Source: Leucoraja ocellata (lineage: Eukaryota). From it: a stretch of 64,000 nt of DNA. Each line of letters begins with the position of its first letter. Within the stretch, counting starts at the first letter, position 1. A program made the position numbers and the translations under genes. Positions 1 to 11,900 of this stretch are shown here, piece after piece. The notes beneath the pieces are model-generated. The model was not told where the DNA came from. It did not search any database and was given only the letters and a program-made list of their open reading frames with translations. Location of the stretch: the NCBI GenBank assembly GCA_036785375.1, contig JAWMAR010000006.1, forward strand, positions 11,904,001-11,968,000. Direction: 5' to 3'.

Positions 1-2914
1 ACCTGGAAGCAAAGAAAGAAACATAGGTAGTTTACAACCAACAGTATGAACTTTGAATTTTCCTATTTTAGGTAACTTCTAACAAAGCCCCCCCCCCCCC
101 CCTTCTGTGCACCACCTGGATTCACACGTATTTCACCCCTCCTGTAAGTGAGGATGCCTTAGAATCATAGAGGCATACTGCGTGGGAAAAGGCCCTTCAG
201 CCCCATTTGACCACACCAGCCAACGTCCTAGCTAAATAGTCCCACCTGCCTATGTTTGATCCATACACCTCCAAACCAGTCCTATCGATGTACCTGTCGA
301 ACTTTGCGATAGTCCCTGCCTCAACAACCTCTCCTGGCAGCTCGTTCCATACACTCACCACCCTTTGTATGAAAATTTGACCCCTCAGATTCCTATTAAA
401 TGTTTGCACCTTAAACCCATGTCCTCTGGTCCTCTATTCCCTTTCTCTGCACAAGAGACTCTGTGCATCTAACCAATCTATTCCTCTCATGATTTTCTAC
501 ACCTCAATCAGATCACCCTCATCCTCTTGTGCTCCAAGGAATAGAGACCCAGCCTGCTCAAACTCTCCCTATAGCTCAGATCCTCGAATACTGGCAACAT
601 CCTTGTAATTATTCTCTGTACCCATTCCAGCTTGACAACATCTTTCCTATAACATGGTGAACATAATACCCTTAATGCGGCCTCACCAGCATCTTATATA
701 ACTCTAGCATGACCTCCCAACATCTATACTCGATACACTGCTGAAGTCCAATGTGCCAAAAGCCTTTTTGACCACCCTATCTACATGTGGCTCCTCCTTC
801 ATGGAATTATGTACCTGTACTCTTAGATCCCCCTGGTCTATAACACTCCCAAGGGCCCTATCATTCACTGTGTAGGTCCTGCCCATGTTTGACTTTCCAA
901 AATGTAACACCTCACACCTTGGTTCCATCAACCATTCCTCAGCCAACTTGGCCAGCTGATCAAGATCCTGCTGTAAGTTAGCACATTTTCACTACCTGCA
1001 ATACCATCTGAAAACTTGTTAATCTTCCCATGTACATTGTCACCCAAATCATTGATATGGATGACAAACAGTAACAGGCCCAGCAGCAAACCCTGAGGCA
1101 CATCACTGGTCACAGGCATCCATTCTAAGAAGCAACCTTCCACCATCACCCTTTGCTTCTTTCCATAAAGCCAATTTTCTATCCATTCAGCTACCTCTCC
1201 TTGGATCCCGTGCGATCTGACCTTCCAAGGCAGCCTACCATGCAGAACCTTGTAGAATGCTTTGCTGAAGTCTATTTATACACATCTATAACTGTGCCCT
1301 CATCAACCCTTTTGGTCACATCTTCAAAATCTCAATCGGATTCATGAGGCACAAAGTCCCATAAACAAAACCATGCTGACTTTCCCTAATCAGCCATTGC
1401 CCAACTAAATACATGTATATTGTATCCCTCAGAATACTCTTCAGTAAATTTCCAACTACATGTGTTAAGCTCACAGGCCTATAGTCCCTGCCTTTGCTCT
1501 GCAGCCCTTTTTGAATCACGGATAGATCTGATCAGGCCCAGAAGATTTGACTGCCTTCATACACGATAATACCTTCAGCACTTCTTCAACTGCAATATTA
1601 ACTTTAATGAATGACTTTAAGATTTGCTTTCCCAAAGTCCATCGGATATCATACCTGGTCGTACCGGATCTGAATATGTAATTACCAAACAATTTGACCC
1701 CAGGTCGACACCTACAATATGTTGCGTGAATAACAATATGTACAGAAACACTGTGGAATATTTTGATAAGTACCGTCTACATAGAGGCTGTAGCGTTGCA
1801 GCGCGTATGGACCCAGTGAGGAACTGTTAATGGTCTTCTCTATAAATACATCGTAAACATCTTCACGGCTGATGGGTTCCATGGTGGACACGTTTTGGAA
1901 TGAACAATTAGCTGTCACTCGGGTGCTGTGAACCATTACCTCACTGCAAAAACAGCAAAAGACATTTGTAGTAAGTGGAAACGAATTTGGTGCAAAGTTG
2001 TTTGCAGTGTTCGCAAGAGAACAGCTGAAAATTTTCCGTGGCTGATTACAAGAGGAGAAGCAATGGTCAGAGATATCTAAATTTGTCCGTCTCTGCCACA
2101 TCAGCTCCTCTAATGAGTCATCCCATTTTAGGGCATCAGAGATGTCCACTTTCTTGATAAATGTGTATTAGCCTTGCTTGATTAAATGGGTCACTCCTCC
2201 ACGTCATCTTCTAGATCTGTTCTCACATCACCCTCACCCAGATGACACAAGGACAGAGTTCATATCGTCCCTTGCTTTCACCACACCTCGTCCAGGTTTC
2301 TCACCCCTACTGCAATTTGTCTGAAAAGGGCCCGATCCAAAACTTTGTCTAGTCATTTGCTGTCTGTCCCGTTGAGATACTCCAGTATATTATGGGGTTT
2401 TTTTCTGATAGCATTTATATTAACTTTGCATTGAAATGTGTGGGAAATTTGCTTATGAGACTTTTGGGTTTGCAACTTGGAAGCAGAGCATGAACAATTG
2501 GAAGTTAGACAAAAATGCTGGAGGATCTCAGCGGGTGAGGCAGCATCTATGGAGAGAAGGAATAGGCAACGTTTCGGGTTGAGACAAAGGAATTTTGCGT
2601 AGCATAATAGAAAAGTTACTCTAGTTACCTGAATGATTCCACAACACACTTTAATAATGTTGCATTGATACTGCTGTTATTGAACAGGTCCGTGAGCTGT
2701 GGGCATTAAGAAAAATTGTGTCAGAATGAGAGGTGAAAAAGGAAGGATGAAGTCATATATCAGCAGGGAAGTATCTTGTACAAATCTCTCACCTCAGCTG
2801 CAATCATGGTTGCTGTATCTGAAGGGTTTGCTTGAATTTCTTCAATAGACAGACTGTCAACAATGAATGTCACGTTGTACTCAATGGGATTTATTACCTC
2901 GATTGGAACTGGAA
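1..2914 (-). CDS. SEA module M1 (divergent outer type)
   Basis: Exons A 2908/2914-2793, B 2696-2629 (LTDLFNNSSINATLLKCVVESFS), C 1943-1774, D 1669-1655 (DPVRP, GT donor). E begins at position 2 after acceptor tttgcttccag and is cut by the window edge. Confidence 0.85.
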
Positions 2915-5900
2915 CTGTGGTAATAGAGTAAGCAATTCAACATTTGAAATCAGAGATTACATTTCATTTGTGCTCAGTTTGTTGTGAAGTGGTCTAGGTC
3001 ATGCTGAGGTTGTGCAATGCTTTTTGTTATTTTGATTATTTTTTTTACAATCATAAGGGGAAAACAAACTGCTGTTATAACCTAGCATTCCAGCAGTATC
3101 TGAGAAGGGAATTGACAGTTGACAGTCAATTTCAGATCTGAAATGTTGTCTATCCATTTCCTTCCGCGGGTATTGCCGGACTTATTGAGTGCCTCCAGTA
3201 TTTTGTTGTTCGCTCCAGTTTCCAGCATCTGTAACCTCTTATGTCTCCCCTTTGGAATCAAAGCCTCTACTTTTCCTTCTTCATCCACAATTTCCCTTCA
3301 ATTATAATGAAAGCTATAAAATATCATACTGGGAGATCCAATCCTGATCATCCACCACCTGACTCATTGTAGTGATAGTAGGCGGAGTACAACCCAGTTT
3401 TGGTTTTATTTTGTGGTTCTTTGCGAATTATGTATGCTTTTAGTACTTGGAGATCTCCATATACTTGATGTGAGCAGAGCATGTAGCTGAATTACCTGGA
3501 TTCTCTTGATTGTTTGGATTATTTAGTTCAGGAACAATTTGTGGCTCTGTAAAGAAAAATTCAAAGAAACAATTGGAATAATGTTATTAAAAGCTATGAA
3601 ATCATCATAAATTTGTACAAACAGAAAATGCTCCAAACTAATTCAAGGATATGTGCCAAGACAATTGGAATTCAAATTTCTTGGATCTTATAGTACACCT
3701 GTTATATGTGTTTTGACCTTAATTTTTGTTATCTCGCTCTTTGTCAGCTGACCCAGTCATAAAATCTTTCGCCAAATAAATCACAACAATTTGCTTCTCA
3801 GGTTATTTTAATGTTTGTTTCTCTCTAAATGAAAGCAGTGGTGCAACATGGGAATTATTTGTCAAGGTCCACTGGTAAGACAGTTTTTCAAGTACAGGTG
3901 TCTAAAAGGCATTTGATTTAAGAAGTCATAAAAAAACATGTTCAACTTTGATGAAATTCTGCACAGTTTAAGCAACAGATGGAGAAGAACAAATATAACA
4001 TGAGACAATTGTTTGATGAATTGATACAAACTCACCATTGACATTGTGCTGTACAGTGAAATCTGAAAACAAACAAGGAAATATATGTAGGACCAATCCA
4101 ATGGCATGAACTTTAAATTCTTCAAATTTAGTCAAACTTTAAAAACCCACCAACCACAGCAACACTGTGTCCGACTTGGGCTCGCACTTATTAAACTCCC
4201 CCCCTTGCCCTCCATCTACATTCCTTCTGCTGGCATCAAATTTGCAACTTCAATCTTTTTCCCTCACACTTTATGTTTTTTCGTCATTCACCTTCGTCCA
4301 ACCTTCTGCGTATCTAAACTCCACCTCACCTGTGTCCACCTATTAATGACGTGCTTTGTACTGCCTCCCTTCTCTTCCAGCTTTCTTCTCCCCCCACCAC
4401 CCCACAATCAGTTCGAAGAAGGATCTCGTGCTGAAGTGTCACCCATTCACGTTCTCCAGTGATGCTGCCTGACCCACTTTGTGCCTTCTAAAAAAACATG
4501 TAACTTTTTAATGGAGTTTTTTTTTGGGTCTACTTGAACATTTATCAGGAAGAAGACATTCTTATGAGTGGGTCATATCAGTGTGGCAGTGTGTTTGTGC
4601 AAAGGCAGACTCCGAAGAGCAAGACTGAATGATTTTAAGGTTTGCTTTCTCAGATCCCATTGGATATCATGCCTGGCTGTCACTGGTCTAAATATGTAAA
4701 TACCTAAGAACTTGTCTATAAATCAATAGTTACCGTAGATTGGACAAATACAATATGAAGAAAAACACGAAAGAATATTTTGATAAGTACCGTCTACATA
4801 GAGGCTGTTGCTTTGCAGTTCGTATGAACCCAGTGAGAAAATGCCATCGGTCATCTCGCTAAATTCAGCATAAACAACTTCTCGGTTGATGGGTTCCATG
4901 GTGGACACATTTTGGAATGAACAATTAGCTGTCACTCTGGTGCTGTGAACCATTTCCTCTCTGCGAAAAAGCAAAAGACATTTGTGATGTGCAAAATAAT
5001 TTAATGCAAAGTTGTTTGCAATGCCAGCAAGTGCACAGCTGAAATGTTGCCATGGCCCATTACTGGTGTCTAAGCAATGGGTTGAGAAATCTGATTCTCA
5101 ATTTGTCCGTCTCCAGCCCATCTTCAACTACGATGTGGCTTCCCATTCTATGGCATCAATTATGTCATATTAGCCTTATATATATGTAGCCTTATGATAT
5201 ATATTAGCCTTGGCTGTTTTAGATGGATCCCTCACCCAATTCACCCGAGATCTGCTCTCACACCACCCTCATCCAGACGGAACAAGGATAGAGTTCCCCC
5301 CATCCTTAGTTTACACCCCACCTGTCACTAACACCACCTAATGCATTTGCTGCACCTTATGTGGTGTCTGATACGTTTGCAAGACCAAACAGTATCTAGG
5401 TGACTTTTTCGCCAAACATGTGCGGTCATCCAAGGTCTGCTGGAAATCATGGTTCAAAAACAATTTAACTCCCTTTCCATTCCCAAACCAATCTGTCTGT
5501 ACTGGGCGTCATCCATTGCAGAGTGAGGCCACACTCAAACTGGAGGAACAGCACCTCATATTTCGAAGAGTAGCTTAGAGCCTTATTTGTCTGTCTCACT
5601 TAAGCGATATTTTCGGTGACTGCTGGCAACTGTCACAGTCATAGCAGGTCACCGAAAAACCGGCGGCTGGACCTCCCTACGACAAAACTTTGCCTCGCCA
5701 GCGTCTACAGAATTGCTGCCTGACTCACAAGGAGACTCTGGTACATTGTACCTTTTTCCTGGTAGAATTTATATTAATTCTACATGATATTTGTGGGAAA
5801 TTTGCTTATTAATTTTTAATTAAATTGAAATTAATGCGTTTGCAAATTGGAATTATTGAGTGTTATCAATTTTATCATTTAATAGGAAAGTTATTTTGAG

Positions 5901-8900
5901 TTACCTGAATGATTCCACAACACATGTCAAGAATGTAGCATAGATATTGCTATTTTCGAACAGTTCGGTGAGCTGAAAGCAATAACAATAATTGAGTCAG
6001 AATGCGAAATAAAAAGGGTACGATGAAGTAAAACAACATCAGTGAATTAACTTGTAAATTCTCTCACCTCATTTGCAATCATGGTTGCTGTTTCTGAAGG
6101 GTTTGCTTGAATTTCTTCAATAGACAGATTGTCAACAACGAAAGTCACGTTGTATTCAATGGGATTTGTTACCTCGGTTGGAACTGGAAGTGTGGAAATA
6201 GAGTAAGCAATTTAGCATGTTGTGAGAACCACGATTTTCAAATAGTTTAAAAACTGTTTCCCAGTACTGGATTTCTACAGAGTTTAAGCAACAGATGGAG
6301 AAGAACAAATGTAGCTTAAGACAATTATTTCATGCATTTGATACAAACTCACCATTGACATTGTGCTGTACATTGAAATCTGAAAACAAACAGAGAAATA
6401 TAGGTTGAAATTTAAATGTTCAAGTTTAGGCAGCCTTTAAAAACCCACCAACCACAACAACAACTGGGCATGCACCTAGTAAACTCCTCCCCCTTGCCCT
6501 CCCTCTACATTCCTTTTTCTGGCTTCAAATTTGCAACTCTTCAATCCTTTTCCCTCACACATATGTTTTTTCGTCTCTGGCCTTTGTCCAACCTTCTGCG
6601 TATCTAAACTCCACCTCACCTGTGTCCACCTATTAATGACGTGCTTTGTACTGCCTCCCTTCTCTTACAGCTTTCTTCTCCCCCCACCACCCCACAATCT
6701 GTCTGAAGAAGGATTTTGAGCTGAAATGTCACCCATTCACGTTCTCCAGTGATGCTGCCTGACCCGCTGAGTTACTCTAGCACTTTGTTTCTTCTAAAAA
6801 AGCATGCAACTTTTTAATGGGGTATTTTTTTCCCTCTCCTTGAACATTTATCAGGAAGAAAACCCTTTTGTGAGTGGGTCATACCAGTGAGGCAGTGTGT
6901 TTGTGCAAAGGCAGGCTCCTAAGAGCAAGACTGTGAATGATTTTAAGGTTTGCTTTCTCAGATCCTATAGGACATCAGAGAGAGTTCATGTGGACAAGCT
7001 TTTCCCTTTGAGAATAGTGAAGATTCAAACAAGAGGACATGACTTCAGAATTAAGGAACAGAAGTTTAGGGGTAATATGAGGGGGAACTTCTTTACTCAG
7101 AGAGTGGTAGCGGTGTGGAATGAGCTTCCAGTGGAAGTGGTGGAGGCAGGTTCATTGGTATCATTTAAAAATAAATTGGATAGGCATATGGATGAGAAGG
7201 GAATGGAGGGTTATGGTATGAGTGCAGGCAGGTGGGACTAAGGGGAAAAAACAAATAATTTGTTCGGCACGGACTTGTAGGGCCGAGATGGCCTGTTTCA
7301 GTGCTGTAATTGTTATATATATCATGCCTGGTTGTCCCTGATCTAAATATGTAAATACCAAATAACTTGTCTATAAATCAATAGTTACTGTAGATTGGAC
7401 AAATACATTACGAAGAAAAACACCAAGGAATATTTTGATAAGTACCATCTACATAGAGGCTGTTGCTTTGCAGTTCGTATGGCCCCAGTGAGGAAATGTC
7501 TTTGGTCATCTCGCTAAATTCATCATAAACATCTTCTCGGTTGATGGGTTCCATGGTGGACACATTTTGAAATAAACATTCAGCTGTCACTCTGGTGCTG
7601 TTAACCATTTCCTCTCTGCGATAAAGCAAAAGACATTTGTGATAAGTGTAAAAGAATTTAGTGCAAAGTTGTTTGCAATGCCAGCAAGAGCACAGCTGAA
7701 ATGTTGCCGTGGCTCATTACTGGTGTCTAAGCAATGGTCAGAGAACTCCGACTCTCAATTTGTCCGTCTCCAGCCCATCTTCAACCACGATGTGGCTTCC
7801 CATTCTCGGGCATCCATGATGTCGTCTTTCTAGTGTAAATATATATTAGCCTTGGCTGTTTTAGAAGGATCCCTCACCCAAGTCTCCCTTAGATCTGGTC
7901 TCACACCACCCTCACCCAGACGGAACAAGGATAGAGTTCCCCCCATCCTCAGTTTACACCCCAACGGTTACTAACACCACCTAATGCATTTGCTGCACCT
8001 TATGTGGTATCCTATACGTTGGCAAGACCAAACAGTATCTAGGTGACTTTTTCGCCAAACATGTGCAGTCATCCAAGGTCTGCTGGAAATCCTGGTTGAA
8101 AAACAATTTATCTCCCTTTCCATTCCCAAACCAATCTGTCTGTCCTGGGCCTCATCCATTGCAGAGTGAGGCCACACTCAAACTGGAGGAACAGCACCTC
8201 ATATTTCGAAGAGTAGCTTAGATCCTTATGTATTTGTCCCACTTAAGCGATATTTTCGGTGACTGCTGGCGACTGTCACAGGCGTAGCAGGTCACCGAAA
8301 ACCCGGCAACTGGACCCCCCTACGACAAAACTTTGCCTCGCCAGCGACTACAGAATTGCTGCCTGACTCACAAGGAGACTCTGGTACATTGTACCTTTTT
8401 TCTGGTAGAATTTATATTAATTCTACATGATATTTGTGGGAAATTTGCTCATTAATTTTTAATTAAATTGAAATGAATGCGTTTGCAAATTGGAATTATT
8501 GAGCGTTATCAATTTTATCATTTAATTGGAAAGTTATTTTGAGTTACCTGAAGGATTCCACAACACATGTCAAGAATGTAGCATTGACATTGCTATTTTC
8601 GAACAGTTTGGTGAGCTGAAAGCAGTAACAATAATTGAGTCAGAATGAGAAATAAAAAGGGTACGATGAAGTAAAACAACATCAGTGAATTAACTTGTAA
8701 ATTCTCTCACCTCATTTGCAATCATGGTTGCTGTTTTTGAAGGGTTTGCTTGAATTTCTTCAATAGACAGATTGTCAACAATGAAAGTCACGTTGTATTC
8801 AATGGGATTTCTTACCTCGGTTGGAACTGGAAGTGTGGAAATAGAAAAAGCAATTTAGCATGTTGTGAGAACCACGATTTTCAAATAGTTTAAAAACTGT

Positions 8901-11900
8901 TTCCCAGTACTGGATTTCTACAGAGTTTAAGCAACAGATGGAGAAGAACAAATGTAGCTAAAGACAATTATTTCATGCATTTGATACAAACTCACCATTG
9001 ACATTGTGCTGTACATTAAAATCTGAAAACAAACAAAGAAATATGGGTTGAACTTTAAATGTTCAAGTTTAGGCAACCTTTAAAAACCCACCAACCACAA
9101 CAACATCTGGGCATGCACCTAGTAAACTCCTCCCCCTTGCCCTCCATCTACATTCCTTTTCCTGGCCTCAAATTTGCAACTCTTCAATCCTTTTCCCTCA
9201 CACTTTATGTTTTTTCGTCTCTGGCCTTTGTCCAATCTTCTGCGTATCTAAACTCCACCTCACCTGTGTCCACCTATTAATGACGTGCTTTGTACTGCCT
9301 CCCTTCTCTTACAGCTTTCTTCTCTCCCCACCACCCCACAATCAGTCTGAAGAAGGATTTTGAGCTGAAATGTCACCCATTCACGTTCTCCAGTGATGCT
9401 GCCTGACCCGCTGTTACTCTAGCTCATTGTTTCTTCTAAAAAAGCATGCAACTTTTTAATGGGGTATTTTTTCCCTCTCCTTGAACATTTATCAGGAAGA
9501 AAACCCTTTTGTGAGTGGGTCATACCAGTGAGGCAGTGTGTTTGTGCAAAGGCAGGCTCCGAAGAGCAAGACTGTGAATGATTTTAAGGTTTGCTTTCTC
9601 AGATCTTATAGGATATAATGCCTGGTTGTCCCTGATCTAAATATGTAAATACCAAAGAACTTGTCTAAAAATCAATAGTTACCGTAGATTGGACAAATAC
9701 AATACGAAGAAAAACACCAAGGAATATTTTGATAAGTACCATCTACATAGAGGCTGTTGCTTTGCAGTTCGTATGGCCCCAGTGAGGAAATGTCTTTGGT
9801 CATCTCGCTAAATTCATCATAAACATCTTCTCGGTTGATGGGTTCCATGGTGGACACATTTTGAAATAAACATTCAGCTGTCACTCTGGTGCTGTTAACC
9901 ATTTCCTCTCTGCGATAAAGCAAAATACATTTGTGATAAGTGTAAAAGAATTTAGTGCAAAGTTGTTTGCAATGCCAGCAAGAGCACAGCTGAAATGTTG
10001 CTGTGGCTCATTACTGGTGTCTAAGCAATGGTTAGAGAAATCCGACTCAATTTGTCCGTCTCCAGCCCATCTTCAATCACGATGTGGCTTCCCATTCTCG
10101 GGCATCCATGATGTCGTCTTTCTAGTGTAAATATATATTAGCCTTGGCTGTTTTAGAAGGATCCCTCACCCAAGTCTCCCTTAGATCTGCTCTCACACCA
10201 CCCTCACCCAGACGGAACAAGGATAGAGTTCCCCCCATCCTCAGTTTACACCCCAACTGTTACTAACACCACCTAATGCATTTGCTGCACCTTATGTGGC
10301 ATCCTCTACGTTGGCAAGACCAAACAGTATCTAGATGACTTTTTCGCCAAACATGTGCAGTCATCCAAGGTCTGCTGGAAATCCTGGTTGAAAAACAATT
10401 TATCTCCCTTTCCATTCCCAAACCAATCTGTCTGTCCTGGGCCTCATCAATTGCAGAGTGAGGCCACACTCAAATTGGAGGAACAGCACCTCATATTTCG
10501 AAGAGTAGCTTAGATCTTTATGTATTTGTCCCACTTAAGCGATATTTTCGGTGACTGCTGGCGACTGTCACAGGCGTAGCAGGTCACCGAAAAACCGGCA
10601 ACTGGACTCCCCTACGACAAAACTTTGCCTCGCCAGCGTCTACAGAATTGCTGCCTGACTCACAACGAGACTCTGGTACATTGTACCTTTTTTCTGGTAG
10701 AATTTATATTAATTCTACATGATATTTGTGGGAAATTTTCTCATTAATTTTTAATTAAATTGAAATTAATGCGTTTGCAAATTGGAATTATTGAGCGTTA
10801 TCAATTTTATCATTTAATTGGAAAGTTATTTTGAGTTACCTGAAGGATTCCACAACACATGTCAAGAATGTAGCATTGACATTGCTATTTTCGAACAGTT
10901 CGGTGAGCTGAAAGCAGTAACAATAATTGAGTCAGAATGAGAAATAAAAAGGGTGCGATGAAGTAAAACAACATCAGTGAATTAACTTGTAAATTCTCTC
11001 ACCTCATTTGCAATCATGGTTGCTGTTTCTGAAGGGTTTGCTTGAATTTCTTCAATAGACAGATTGTCAACAATGAAAGTCACGTTGTATTCAATGGGAT
11101 TTCTTACCTCAGTTGGAACTGGAAGTGTGGAAATAGAGTAAGCAATTTAGCATGTTGTGAGAACCACGATTTTCAAATAGTTTAAAAACTGTTTCCCAGT
11201 ACTGGATTTCTACAGAGTTTAAGCAACAGATGGAGAAGAACAAATGTAGCTTAAGACAATTATTTCATGCATTTGATACAAACTCACCATTGACATTGTG
11301 CTGTACATTGAAATCTGAAAACAAACAGAGAAATAAGGGTTGAACTTTAAATGTTCAAGTTTAGGCAACCTTTAAAAATCCACCAACCACAACAACAACT
11401 GGGCATGCACCTAGTAAACTCCTCCCCCTTGCCCTCCATCTACGTTCCTAGTTCTGGCTTCAAATTTGCAACTCTTCAATCCTTTCCCCCAGACTTTATG
11501 TTTTTTCGTCTCTGGCCTTTGTCCAACCTTCTGCGTATCTAAACTCCACCTCACCTGTGTCCACCTATTAATGACGTGCTTTGTACTGCCTCCCTTCTCT
11601 TACAGCTTTCTTCTCCCCCCACCACCCTACAATCTGCCTGAAAAAGGATTTTGAGCTGAAATGCCACCCATTCACGTTCTCCAGTGATGCTGCCTGACCC
11701 GCTGAGTTACTCTAGCACTTTATTTCTTCTAAAAAAGAATGCAACTTTTTAATCGGGTATTTTTTTCCTTCTCCTTGAATATTTATCAGGAAGAAAATCC
11801 TTTTGTGAGTGGGTCATACCAGTGAGGCAGTGTGTTTGTGCAAAGGCAGGCTCCGAAGAGCAAGACTGTGAATGAATTTAAGGTTTGCTTTCTCAGATCC

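Noticed and set aside
2915-4035. Longer unique intron between M2 exon E and M1 exon A as a site of extra exons
   Set aside because: AT-rich, with a short Penelope-like fragment near 3130-3250. I could not find a convincing phase-compatible exon by eye, but cannot exclude one.
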